From positions 107,538 to 171,537 of the forward strand of contig CAZHNN010000002.1 of assembly GCA_964533965.1 (NCBI GenBank): a DNA stretch of 64,000 nt, given 5' to 3'. Positions 29,975 to 37,593 of this stretch are shown piece after piece. The translations under genes were made by a program, and so were the position numbers. The DNA comes from an uncultured Clostridia bacterium. Lineage in GTDB: Bacteria; Bacillota; Clostridia; Christensenellales; QAND01. The notes below the pieces were generated by a model. The model was not told the DNA's origin and searched no databases. It saw nothing but the letters and a program-made list of their open reading frames with translations. The number at the start of each line of letters is the position of its first letter. The stretch's first letter is position 1.

Positions 29975-30346
29975 CTAGCCGGTGATGAGTCTTAGCAACT
30001 CCGTGAAGCCAAGATCCAACAGGCCTACAACCACGGCTAAGATGGTCACAAACGCCAGCACGATGCCGGTGTATTTGGCAAGGTCCTTCTTGCTCGGCCA
30101 TGTCGCCTTTTTCAATTCCGCAATCATTTCCCGGAAATATTTGACAATCCGGTCAATGCGGTATCCAAGCTTGCCGCGCCTGGCGGGCTTGGCGGTCGCC
30201 TTCTGCTGCTTGTCCTTGGCATCCTTGGAAATCTGCTTCGTGTCCTTGGCGTCTTTCCCCTTGGACGGAAGCTTGCCCGTATCCTTGGACAGCTGTTTCG
30301 CCTTGGCGTCCGGCTTGTTGACTTTGTCTTTTGCCATGGTGTTCAC
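29975..30346 (-). CDS. secE: preprotein translocase subunit SecE with Lys-rich N-terminal extension
   Basis: The C-terminal ~60 aa match SecE (..ELKKATWPSKKDL..TILAVVVGLLD). The N-terminal ~60 aa are K/D/A-rich. Located between rpmG and nusG. Confidence 0.9.
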   Translation of the reverse strand: MNTMAKDKVNKPDAKAKQLSKDTGKLPSKGKDAKDTKQISKDAKDKQQKATAKPARRGKLGYRIDRIVKYFREMIAELKKATWPSKKDLAKYTGIVLAFVTILAVVVGLLDLGFTELLRLITG

Positions 30347-30367
30347 TTCCTTAGCGGATGCTCTGCA

Positions 30368-30516
30368 TTAACGGGTTTCCCTGTGTGCGGTTTGCTTCTT
30401 GCAAAAGCGGCAGTACTTGTTCGCTTCCAAGCGTTCCGGGTTGTTCTTCTTGTTCTTCATGGTATCGTAGTTGCGCTGTTTGCATTCCGAACACGCCAAC
30501 GTGATTTTCACGCGCA
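30368..30516 (-). pseudogene. rpmG: 50S ribosomal protein L33 gene with apparent 1-nt deletion (frameshift)
   Basis: ATG at 30516 after GGAGGTG reads [12 protein letters not shown], then goes out of frame and stops after 19 codons. The next frame reads [36 protein letters not shown]-stop. ATG to stop is 149 nt, not a multiple of 3. Too short for the ORF track. Confidence 0.8.
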
Positions 30517-30738
30517 TGCTGAACACCTCCTGATGGATTAAAAAGTCTGCACGATAAATAAAGCCCCCCTAAGGGGATTCCTGATAGAAGATACCATATA
30601 GACGGGTTGCTGTCAACGATTTTTTATAAGAGAAAGCGGCGTGCTCATCAAAAAATCCCGCATTTCAAGCGGCTTTTTCACTCGTTGCATTCTTATGATA
30701 TAATAAACGTAATAACTGTACAAGTTGGGGGAACGGTC

Positions 30739-31680
30739 ATGAAGCGACAGGCGTTTATCGATTATCTCACTGGCAAGCCCGCAAAGCGTATTCCCGGCTC
30801 TTTCTGGTTCCACAATACCGAGGAAAAATGGGAAGGTGAATCCGCGAAAAAGGCCCACCTCGATATGATCGAAGCCACAGACATCGATTTTTTGAAGATC
30901 ATGGACGAGATCCGCTTTACCTTCCCCGATATCAAAACGGCATCGGACTGGGATCATTACCTGCCGCCAAAGCGCAACGCCTGGCATTATGAAAAGCAGT
31001 TCGATGTGATCAAGAGGATCACCGACGCGATTGCCGGCGGCATGTTCACGTATACCACTATCTTCTCCCCGCTTCGCTGCGTCGGCATGCCCTGTGGGTA
31101 CGAGATGATTGAGACCCATATGGCGCAAAACCCGAAGGGCGTTGATAAGGCGTTTGCCGCAATGGCAGAGTCGCTTTCCCAGTATGCGGTCGATTGCATG
31201 GCCGCAGGTGCCGATTCGATCTATTTTTCAACAAAGGGCGCCGAGCACGGCCGATTCCCAAAAGAGGTGTTTGAAGCGATCGTGCTGCAGCATGACTTGG
31301 AATTGTTCAACGCAGTCTGCGAGGCGACGCCATACGCGATGCTGCACATCTGCGGCTTTGACATGGAGCTGCCATATTATTACAACTGGCCGGGAATGGC
31401 CGTGAACTGGGACGTACACAACAACACGCTCAAGCTGCATGAAGGGGCGAAGCTGTTCCGCCATCCCGTGCTGTGCGGCGGCATGGACGACAGGTCCGGT
31501 GAGCTTGTGGACGGATCCGACGAACAGGTCGAGCAGAAAGTGCAATCCGTCGTGGAATCGTTTTTGGCAGACAACTCCGGCAAGCGCATGATCTTGGGTG
31601 CCGACTGCACGCTGCCTACCGAAGTGGATTTTCACCGGATCCGCGTCGCATTGGCAAAGCTTCGGACCTATTCGCTATAA
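30739..31680 (+). CDS. uroporphyrinogen decarboxylase (URO-D) family protein, possibly a methyltransferase of the MtaA/CmuA type
   Basis: URO-D-like pattern over the full length. ATG 30739 (MKRQAF) follows GGGGGAA, and an extended -10 (TGATATAAT) lies at 30696-30704. Confidence 0.6.
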   Translation: MKRQAFIDYLTGKPAKRIPGSFWFHNTEEKWEGESAKKAHLDMIEATDIDFLKIMDEIRFTFPDIKTASDWDHYLPPKRNAWHYEKQFDVIKRITDAIAGGMFTYTTIFSPLRCVGMPCGYEMIETHMAQNPKGVDKAFAAMAESLSQYAVDCMAAGADSIYFSTKGAEHGRFPKEVFEAIVLQHDLELFNAVCEATPYAMLHICGFDMELPYYYNWPGMAVNWDVHNNTLKLHEGAKLFRHPVLCGGMDDRSGELVDGSDEQVEQKVQSVVESFLADNSGKRMILGADCTLPTEVDFHRIRVALAKLRTYSL

Positions 31681-31749
31681 CGCGGGTACTTTGGAATAAA
31701 TCCCTCTCTTTCACCCATACTAACCGAAGTTCATACAAGGAGAGTACGG

Positions 31750-31887
31750 ATGAAGAACAACAAGAGCAGGCTGAAGGATCGGCCAAGGACAAACGCAAAG
31801 CGCAGCAATATGGAAATCGACGACCAGGCCAAGAGCAAGCCCACGCCCGAGAAGTACGACCGCGAATCCGATGGAGGCAACGCATGA
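31750..31887 (+). CDS. small basic hypothetical protein (45 aa)
   Basis: ATG preceded by AAGGAGAG, and the stop overlaps the next gene's start as ATGA. No homology recognised. Below the ORF-track length cutoff. Confidence 0.3.
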   Translation: MKNNKSRLKDRPRTNAKRSNMEIDDQAKSKPTPEKYDRESDGGNA

Positions 31888-32090
31888 ATACAGTGCAATT
31901 TCAGGTCTCGGGAATGGTCAACCAACAGGGCAGGACGCAGATGAAAAACGCACTGGAGAAGCTTTCGGGTGTGAACTCGGTTGCAATCGATCTGAAAGAT
32001 GGTACCGTTTCGGTGGGCTTCAACGATCCGGCGACACAATGGGATATCGCCGATTGCATTTTGGACACGGGATTTACCATTGAGCAATAG
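31884..32090 (+). CDS. HMA (CopZ-like) fold protein lacking the CxxC metal site
   Basis: Beta-alpha-beta-beta-alpha-beta pattern VQFQVSGM....KNALEKLSGVNSVAIDL..GTVSV, but GMVNQQG replaces GMTCxxC. Confidence 0.6.
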   Translation: MNTVQFQVSGMVNQQGRTQMKNALEKLSGVNSVAIDLKDGTVSVGFNDPATQWDIADCILDTGFTIEQ

Positions 32091-32108
32091 ACGGGGCAGG
32101 ATTGTTTT

Positions 32109-32726
32109 ATGAAAGACGGTCTAATGGAATTGTTTACAGCCATCGAAGGGCATTTGCTTAAGGACGAGCGCCCCTCCGTTTACCTCGAGCACGCGGCGGA
32201 ACTGCCGGAATTTGGCAGCCATCCGTTCTTGATGCTGTTAAGGTTGAAGGGTTCGCCGCAGCCTCCCAAATACCACCCCGAAGGGGACGTGTGGAAACAT
32301 ACCATGCTGGTCATCGATGAGGCTGCCGAGCGCAGGGATCAAAGCAATGATGCGCGCACCTTCATGTGGGCGGCGCTGCTGCACGACCTTGGCAAGCCGG
32401 GCACGACGAAGATCAGGAACGGAAAGATCATCTCCTACGGGCATGACACGTTGGGCGCAAAATTGGCACGCGAGTTTTTGCAGTTCTTCAGCTGTGACGA
32501 GAGTTTCATTGAGGAAGTCGTGAAGCTTGTTCAATGGCACATGCAATTGCTCTACTTTGAAAAGTCGCTTCCATTTTTTAAAGAAGCGGAGCTACGGGAA
32601 AATGCAAACATCGATGACGTCGGACTGCTGAATCTGTGCGATAGGATCGGCAGGAAGAATTCGGATAAACAGCAGGAACAACAAAGAGTAGATCGGTTTG
32701 TTCGCAAACTAAAAGGCGATTCGTAA
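32109..32726 (+). CDS. HD domain-containing phosphohydrolase
   Basis: HPEGDVWKHT...ALLHDLGKP motifs. Confidence 0.75.
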   Translation: MKDGLMELFTAIEGHLLKDERPSVYLEHAAELPEFGSHPFLMLLRLKGSPQPPKYHPEGDVWKHTMLVIDEAAERRDQSNDARTFMWAALLHDLGKPGTTKIRNGKIISYGHDTLGAKLAREFLQFFSCDESFIEEVVKLVQWHMQLLYFEKSLPFFKEAELRENANIDDVGLLNLCDRIGRKNSDKQQEQQRVDRFVRKLKGDS

Positions 32727-32754
32727 AATCGCCTTTTTCTTTTTATAATTCTGT

Positions 32755-33006
32755 TTATAACGCAGCAAAGAAAGCCTTTAAATCCGCCTTGACATCCTGC
32801 GGCAGCAATGTGTCCCTAACACCGCGTACCGCTCCTTCCAGCCCGTAGAGCATGTGCAGGCAGGCAGTAGGGTCTAATAGACGGATGCGCATAAATGCCT
32901 GTTTGCTGCCAATCGCCCTCAAATCATCCGCCGTTTCAATACCGGCTTCCATCAACAGCTTTTCGGCTACCTTCCCGATGTTCGGCAATTGCTGCAACGA
33001 TCCCAT
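32755..33006 (-). CDS. TfoX C-terminal domain protein
   Basis: LQQLPNIGKVAEKLLMEAGIETADDLRAIG helix-hairpin-helix pattern of TfoX_C. ATG 33006 follows AAGGAGAA. Confidence 0.65.
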   Translation of the reverse strand: MGSLQQLPNIGKVAEKLLMEAGIETADDLRAIGSKQAFMRIRLLDPTACLHMLYGLEGAVRGVRDTLLPQDVKADLKAFFAAL

Positions 33007-33197
33007 ATTTTTTCTCCTTATATCATTCATTGAATACTTTTTTCTTTCCATTGTAATCTTAGTGTACAAGATAAATCCTGTAAATGCTAACTGATCACAG
33101 TGACTATATTGTACATATTATTCTTTCTTCTGCTTAATCCATCTGAAGGCTTAATTTTTCAATTGATGAAAGAATTGAACATTTTTCTATACATAAC

Positions 33198-33226
33198 TTG
33201 AATTTACAGTTGCAAATAACAATAAT
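33198..33226 (+). promoter_or_regulatory. candidate promoter of the enolase-like/kinase-like operon
   Basis: TTGAAT-N17-AATAAT in an AT-rich region about 80 nt upstream of 33307. Weak match. Confidence 0.3.
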
Positions 33227-33306
33227 ATAAATTGGAGATCGGACTAAGTCAAAAGCCCGAATGAAAAGCGAGTATCGTGCAAATTACTTCAAGGAGGAAG
33301 ACTGCC

Positions 33307-34596
33307 ATGTCAGGAACAGAGATCAAAAGCGTAACGGCGCGACAGGTGATGACCCGCAGGCACCATCCAGGTGTCGAAGCAACGGTAGTGACGGAGAATG
33401 GAGCAGAAGGCGTTGCCGTATGTACGGCGGGTGTCTCCGTCGGGACACACGAGATAAAATTCTCTTATGACGGCGGAGTCCGATGGGAAGGCAAAGGCGT
33501 ACAAGGCGCCGTAGACAACGCGAACAATGTGATCGCTCCCAAATTGATCGGGTTGAACTGCGCAAACCAATGGGCAATTGACCAGGCTATGCTGGATATA
33601 TGTCCTGACGCCAAAGTAACGCTGGGCGGCAATGCTGTTGCGGCGGTATCTGCAGCTGCACTGAAAGCGGGCGCCAAAGCCTTGGACATTCCGCTGTACC
33701 AGCATATCGGAGGGGCAAATGCAATGTATCTGCCCGTTCCCGGGATCATCGCGGCCATCGGCAGCGAGCGTTACGGCGGCGACGTCAGACGTTCAGGCGG
33801 CAAGCCCTCCTATGCCCTGATGTGCTACGGGTTCGATACATTTTCCGACGCTTCGTATGCCGGCTGGGAGCTGGATACAAAATGGCGCAAGGTATTAAGC
33901 GATAAGTTCGACCTTTCCGTCGGCGGCGGCGGAGCCGGCATGCCAAACTTCCCGAGGGGGCTCTTCAAGAGCGACCGCGAGATTTGGGATCTGATGGTGG
34001 ATACCATTGACAAGGCCGGATATAACGGCAAGGTAGGCATTCAAGTGGACATCGCCGCCGATACGTTCTACAACCAGGAAGACGGGATATATTACGGCCT
34101 GTTGAGCGCAGAACCCAAGACGCGCGACGATCTCTTGAGACTGTATGAAGAAATGGTTGCCAATTGGCCGTTTGTGGACATTGAAGATCCGTTCAACGAA
34201 AACGATTATGAAAGCCATGCGGAGCTGGTCAGGCGCGTTGACATCCAGATCGTTGGCGACGACCTGTTCACCACCAACCCCGAGCGCGTGGCATACGGCA
34301 TTTCAAAGGGCGCCGCAAACACCGTATTGCTCAAGGTTAACCAGGTTGGCACCATCACAGAGGCGCTGGAGATGATACAGCTGGCCTATAAGCACAACTA
34401 CGGCGTCATGCCTTGCGAGAGCCGAGGCGAAGGAGATGCGATCGCTGATTATTGCGTGGGCATCAACGCGGGATCGGTGAGAGAGAGCGCTATTGGCGAC
34501 GCAGGCAACCGCTTTTTGAAGATCGAGGCCGAGTTAGGCAGCCGCGCCAAGTTCATCGGTGCGAAAGGATTTAAGGGCAAACGGTTCCAAAGCTGA
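33307..34596 (+). CDS. divergent enolase-family protein A (not a canonical enolase)
   Basis: Collinear with enolase: AGVSVGTHE loop, VDIAADTFY, DIEDPF, IVGDDLFTTN, LLKVNQVGT. Signature SHRSGETED is replaced by PCESRGEGD and GDEGG by GGGGA. ATG after AAGGAGGAAG. Confidence 0.85.
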   Translation: MSGTEIKSVTARQVMTRRHHPGVEATVVTENGAEGVAVCTAGVSVGTHEIKFSYDGGVRWEGKGVQGAVDNANNVIAPKLIGLNCANQWAIDQAMLDICPDAKVTLGGNAVAAVSAAALKAGAKALDIPLYQHIGGANAMYLPVPGIIAAIGSERYGGDVRRSGGKPSYALMCYGFDTFSDASYAGWELDTKWRKVLSDKFDLSVGGGGAGMPNFPRGLFKSDREIWDLMVDTIDKAGYNGKVGIQVDIAADTFYNQEDGIYYGLLSAEPKTRDDLLRLYEEMVANWPFVDIEDPFNENDYESHAELVRRVDIQIVGDDLFTTNPERVAYGISKGAANTVLLKVNQVGTITEALEMIQLAYKHNYGVMPCESRGEGDAIADYCVGINAGSVRESAIGDAGNRFLKIEAELGSRAKFIGAKGFKGKRFQS

Positions 34597-34619
34597 AATA
34601 CTGCCAGGAGGGAACGACC

Positions 34620-36074
34620 GTGCGAATTAAAAATGCCACCGATCTGACCTCTCACGGGGACATAACAGGCCGTAGTGACATGGTAGCAATCCTTGAAGCA
34701 GGGCTACAGGCGGCCGACCCCTACAACAACACCAAACGGCTGATCAAACGCGAAGGCGACAAGCTTTATATCGGCAATACCGATTTCGAGGCGAATGACG
34801 ATCCGAGGAGCGGCATCGACGTCATTGACCTCCATCAAATCGACCGGATTTTCGTTGTGGGCGCAGGAAAGGGATCGCAGCGCGTAGGCCTTGCATTGGA
34901 AGAAGTGCTGGGCGAACACCTCACCGGCGGACATCTGATCGGCAAACACGGCGACGAGATCATCGTGAAGAAGATTGGCGTCACGCTGGCGGGACACCCG
35001 ACACCGGACGAATACTGCTGCATCGGCTGCCGCAGGATACTGGAATTTGCCAAAGATATAACCAATCGCGATCTTGTATTTACGGTGGGCGCCAACGGCT
35101 TCTCCTCGCTGCTAACGCTGCCGCCTGACGGCATCACGGTAGATGAAGTTAAAGAACTGACCTATATGATGCAGATTGAAAAGGGCGTAGCCACCGAAGA
35201 GCTGAACACCATCCGAAACCACATCGATCTGATGAAGGGCGGACGTTTCTCAAGGTATTTCGCTCCTGCAAAGATGGTGCATATCGAAGCCATCGATATC
35301 GGGAATGCGCGGGCTGGGGTCCACGCCAACTTCCACGATATGCTGAAAAACAACATCTGGCTTCACAATTTGTGCGAAGGTTCCACGTTTGAGGATGCGA
35401 TTAGAACCCTCAAATTCTGGGATGCTTGGGAGTTGACACCGCTGTCCATCCGGCGGCACCTCGAAGGGGCACGCCCCGAAGATGAAACAGTTAAATACGA
35501 CGAATTTATGAAAATGGATTTTCGAGTCTTTGGCATCATGCCGAAAGACAAAACGATTTTCCCCGCTGTCAAACAAAAGGCCGCGGAGTTGGGTTATACG
35601 CCTTATCTTTTCGCGGAATTTCTGCGATTGGAGGCAAGCCAAGCCGGGCTTGCCATATCCAACATAGCCTGCACCATCCAGGATGTCCATGAACCTGTGA
35701 GCCCTCCTTGCTGCCTGATTTCCGGCGGAGAATTACTGGTGACGGTCGGAGACGAACTGGGTGTAGGCGGCAGAAACCAGGAATACGTGCTGTCCGCAGC
35801 GCTGAATATCGGCGGGAGGAACATCGTGTTCGGTGCCGTCGACACGGACGGGACGGACGGTCCTGGCGGATACATCGCTAACGATGTTCCGGATTGCCTC
35901 GCCGGCGGCATCACAGACGGCTGCACACTCCAAGAGGCAAAGGAAAGGCGCGTGGATATACGCGAGGCGCTTAAAACCCATGCCACATCGAAAGCTCTTT
36001 GGGAACTCAAAAGCAGCATCCATGCTGAGCACAACATCAGCGTGGGCGATCTCGGCATCGTGCTCATTCGATAA
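34620..36074 (+). CDS. MOFRL/DUF4147 family glycerate 2-kinase-like protein A
   Basis: VVGAGKGSQRV N-terminal motif and C-terminal GGELLVTV..GVGGRNQEYVLSAAL..AVDTDGTDGPG, typical of class-II glycerate 2-kinases (TtuD/MOFRL). GTG start after AGGAGGGAA. Confidence 0.8.
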   Translation: MRIKNATDLTSHGDITGRSDMVAILEAGLQAADPYNNTKRLIKREGDKLYIGNTDFEANDDPRSGIDVIDLHQIDRIFVVGAGKGSQRVGLALEEVLGEHLTGGHLIGKHGDEIIVKKIGVTLAGHPTPDEYCCIGCRRILEFAKDITNRDLVFTVGANGFSSLLTLPPDGITVDEVKELTYMMQIEKGVATEELNTIRNHIDLMKGGRFSRYFAPAKMVHIEAIDIGNARAGVHANFHDMLKNNIWLHNLCEGSTFEDAIRTLKFWDAWELTPLSIRRHLEGARPEDETVKYDEFMKMDFRVFGIMPKDKTIFPAVKQKAAELGYTPYLFAEFLRLEASQAGLAISNIACTIQDVHEPVSPPCCLISGGELLVTVGDELGVGGRNQEYVLSAALNIGGRNIVFGAVDTDGTDGPGGYIANDVPDCLAGGITDGCTLQEAKERRVDIREALKTHATSKALWELKSSIHAEHNISVGDLGIVLIR

Positions 36075-36098
36075 TTAAGTCAAAGGGGGAACCCGCCG

Positions 36099-37562
36099 AT
36101 GGGCATTCTCAACATGCAGCAGCTCACTTCCCATGGCAACGTACGCGGCAGACAGGACGCTTTGTCGATTCTACAAGCGGCACTTGCAGCAGCCGATCCT
36201 TACCACAATGCGATGAACCTTCTGCGCCGTGAGGGCAACATGCTCTATATCGGCAATCCGGAATTTGAGGCAGAAAATGATCCGAATTCCGGTATCGAGA
36301 TAGTGGACCTTGACAAGATCGGCAGAATCTACGTCGTAGGTGCAGGCAAGGGCGTACAGCGTATTGCAAAAGCGATTGAAGATGTTCTGGGGGATCGTTT
36401 GACCGGTGGCCATGTGATCGGAAAGCACGGCGACGAGATCATCCTGACAAGGATCGGAGTGACGCTTGGCGGCCATCCGACCCCGGACGAATACTGCGCG
36501 CAGGGCTGCAGAAAGATATTAGAACTCGCAAAAGACATCAAGGAAAACGATTTGGTGTTCACTATCGCCGCAAATGGGGTAAGTTCCCTTCTTACACTGC
36601 CTGCGGACGGCATCACCATCGATGAGGTCAAGCAATTGACCCATATGATGCAGATCGAAAAGGGCGTTCCGACATACGATCTGAATACCATCCGCAATCA
36701 CATCGATCAGATGAAGGGCGGAAAGATCTCGCGTGCTTTTTATCCCGCCAGAATGATGCACATCGTGGCGATCGATGTCAACCGGTACAGCCTTATCAAT
36801 CCACGGCACGATTACTATCACCTGATGGAAACCAACCGCTGGCTTCACAACCTGCCGGAAGGCACCACATTTTCCGAGGCAGTGGATGTGTTGCATTACT
36901 ATGACGCTTGGAATTTGTGCCCAAAGTCCATCCGCGACTGTTTGACAAAGGCCGATCCCCGGAACGAGACGGTGAAGTTCGAGGAATTTTCCAAAATGAA
37001 TTTCCGGGTTTTCGGCATCATGCCCGAACATCTGCATTTCTTGCCCGTGGCGAAGCGCAAAGCGGAAGAACTGGGATATAAGGCGATCCATCTATGCGGC
37101 ATGCTGCAGGCCGAGGCTAAGGACGCTGCGCTTACCATCGGCGCCATCGCCCGAAGCGTTGAAGAGCGGGGCGAACCGTTCAAACCGCCCGTAGCGCTGT
37201 TTACAACAGGGGAACTTTTGGTAACGGTGAACCAGTATAAGGGCGTCGGCGGAAGAAACCAGGAGTATGTCTTGACGGCCGCCACCAAAATTGAGGGCAG
37301 CGAAAAGATCGTTTTTTGCGCTGTGGATACAGATGGCACGGACGGCCCCGGCGGGCTTAATTTACCGGGTGCGCCGAATTGCCTTGCGGGCGGCATAGCA
37401 GACGGTTTTCTTCTGCGGGACGCCAGGGAGATAGGGGTGGACGTCCGCGAGGCACTCAAGACCCACGCCACATCGGAAGCACTTTGGAGACTCGACAGCG
37501 GCATCCATACGAGCCAAAACATCAGCCTTTGCGATCTGGGCATTGTGCTGGTGATGGCATAA
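36099..37562 (+). CDS. MOFRL/DUF4147 family glycerate 2-kinase-like protein B
   Basis: Paralogue of 34620-36074 with the same motifs (VVGAGKGVQRI, GVGGRNQEYVLTAAT, AVDTDGTDGPG). SD AAAGGGGGAA. Confidence 0.8.
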   Translation: MGILNMQQLTSHGNVRGRQDALSILQAALAAADPYHNAMNLLRREGNMLYIGNPEFEAENDPNSGIEIVDLDKIGRIYVVGAGKGVQRIAKAIEDVLGDRLTGGHVIGKHGDEIILTRIGVTLGGHPTPDEYCAQGCRKILELAKDIKENDLVFTIAANGVSSLLTLPADGITIDEVKQLTHMMQIEKGVPTYDLNTIRNHIDQMKGGKISRAFYPARMMHIVAIDVNRYSLINPRHDYYHLMETNRWLHNLPEGTTFSEAVDVLHYYDAWNLCPKSIRDCLTKADPRNETVKFEEFSKMNFRVFGIMPEHLHFLPVAKRKAEELGYKAIHLCGMLQAEAKDAALTIGAIARSVEERGEPFKPPVALFTTGELLVTVNQYKGVGGRNQEYVLTAATKIEGSEKIVFCAVDTDGTDGPGGLNLPGAPNCLAGGIADGFLLRDAREIGVDVREALKTHATSEALWRLDSGIHTSQNISLCDLGIVLVMA

Positions 37563-37593
37563 ATCATTCCAAACATTCAAAGGAGACGGTAAA

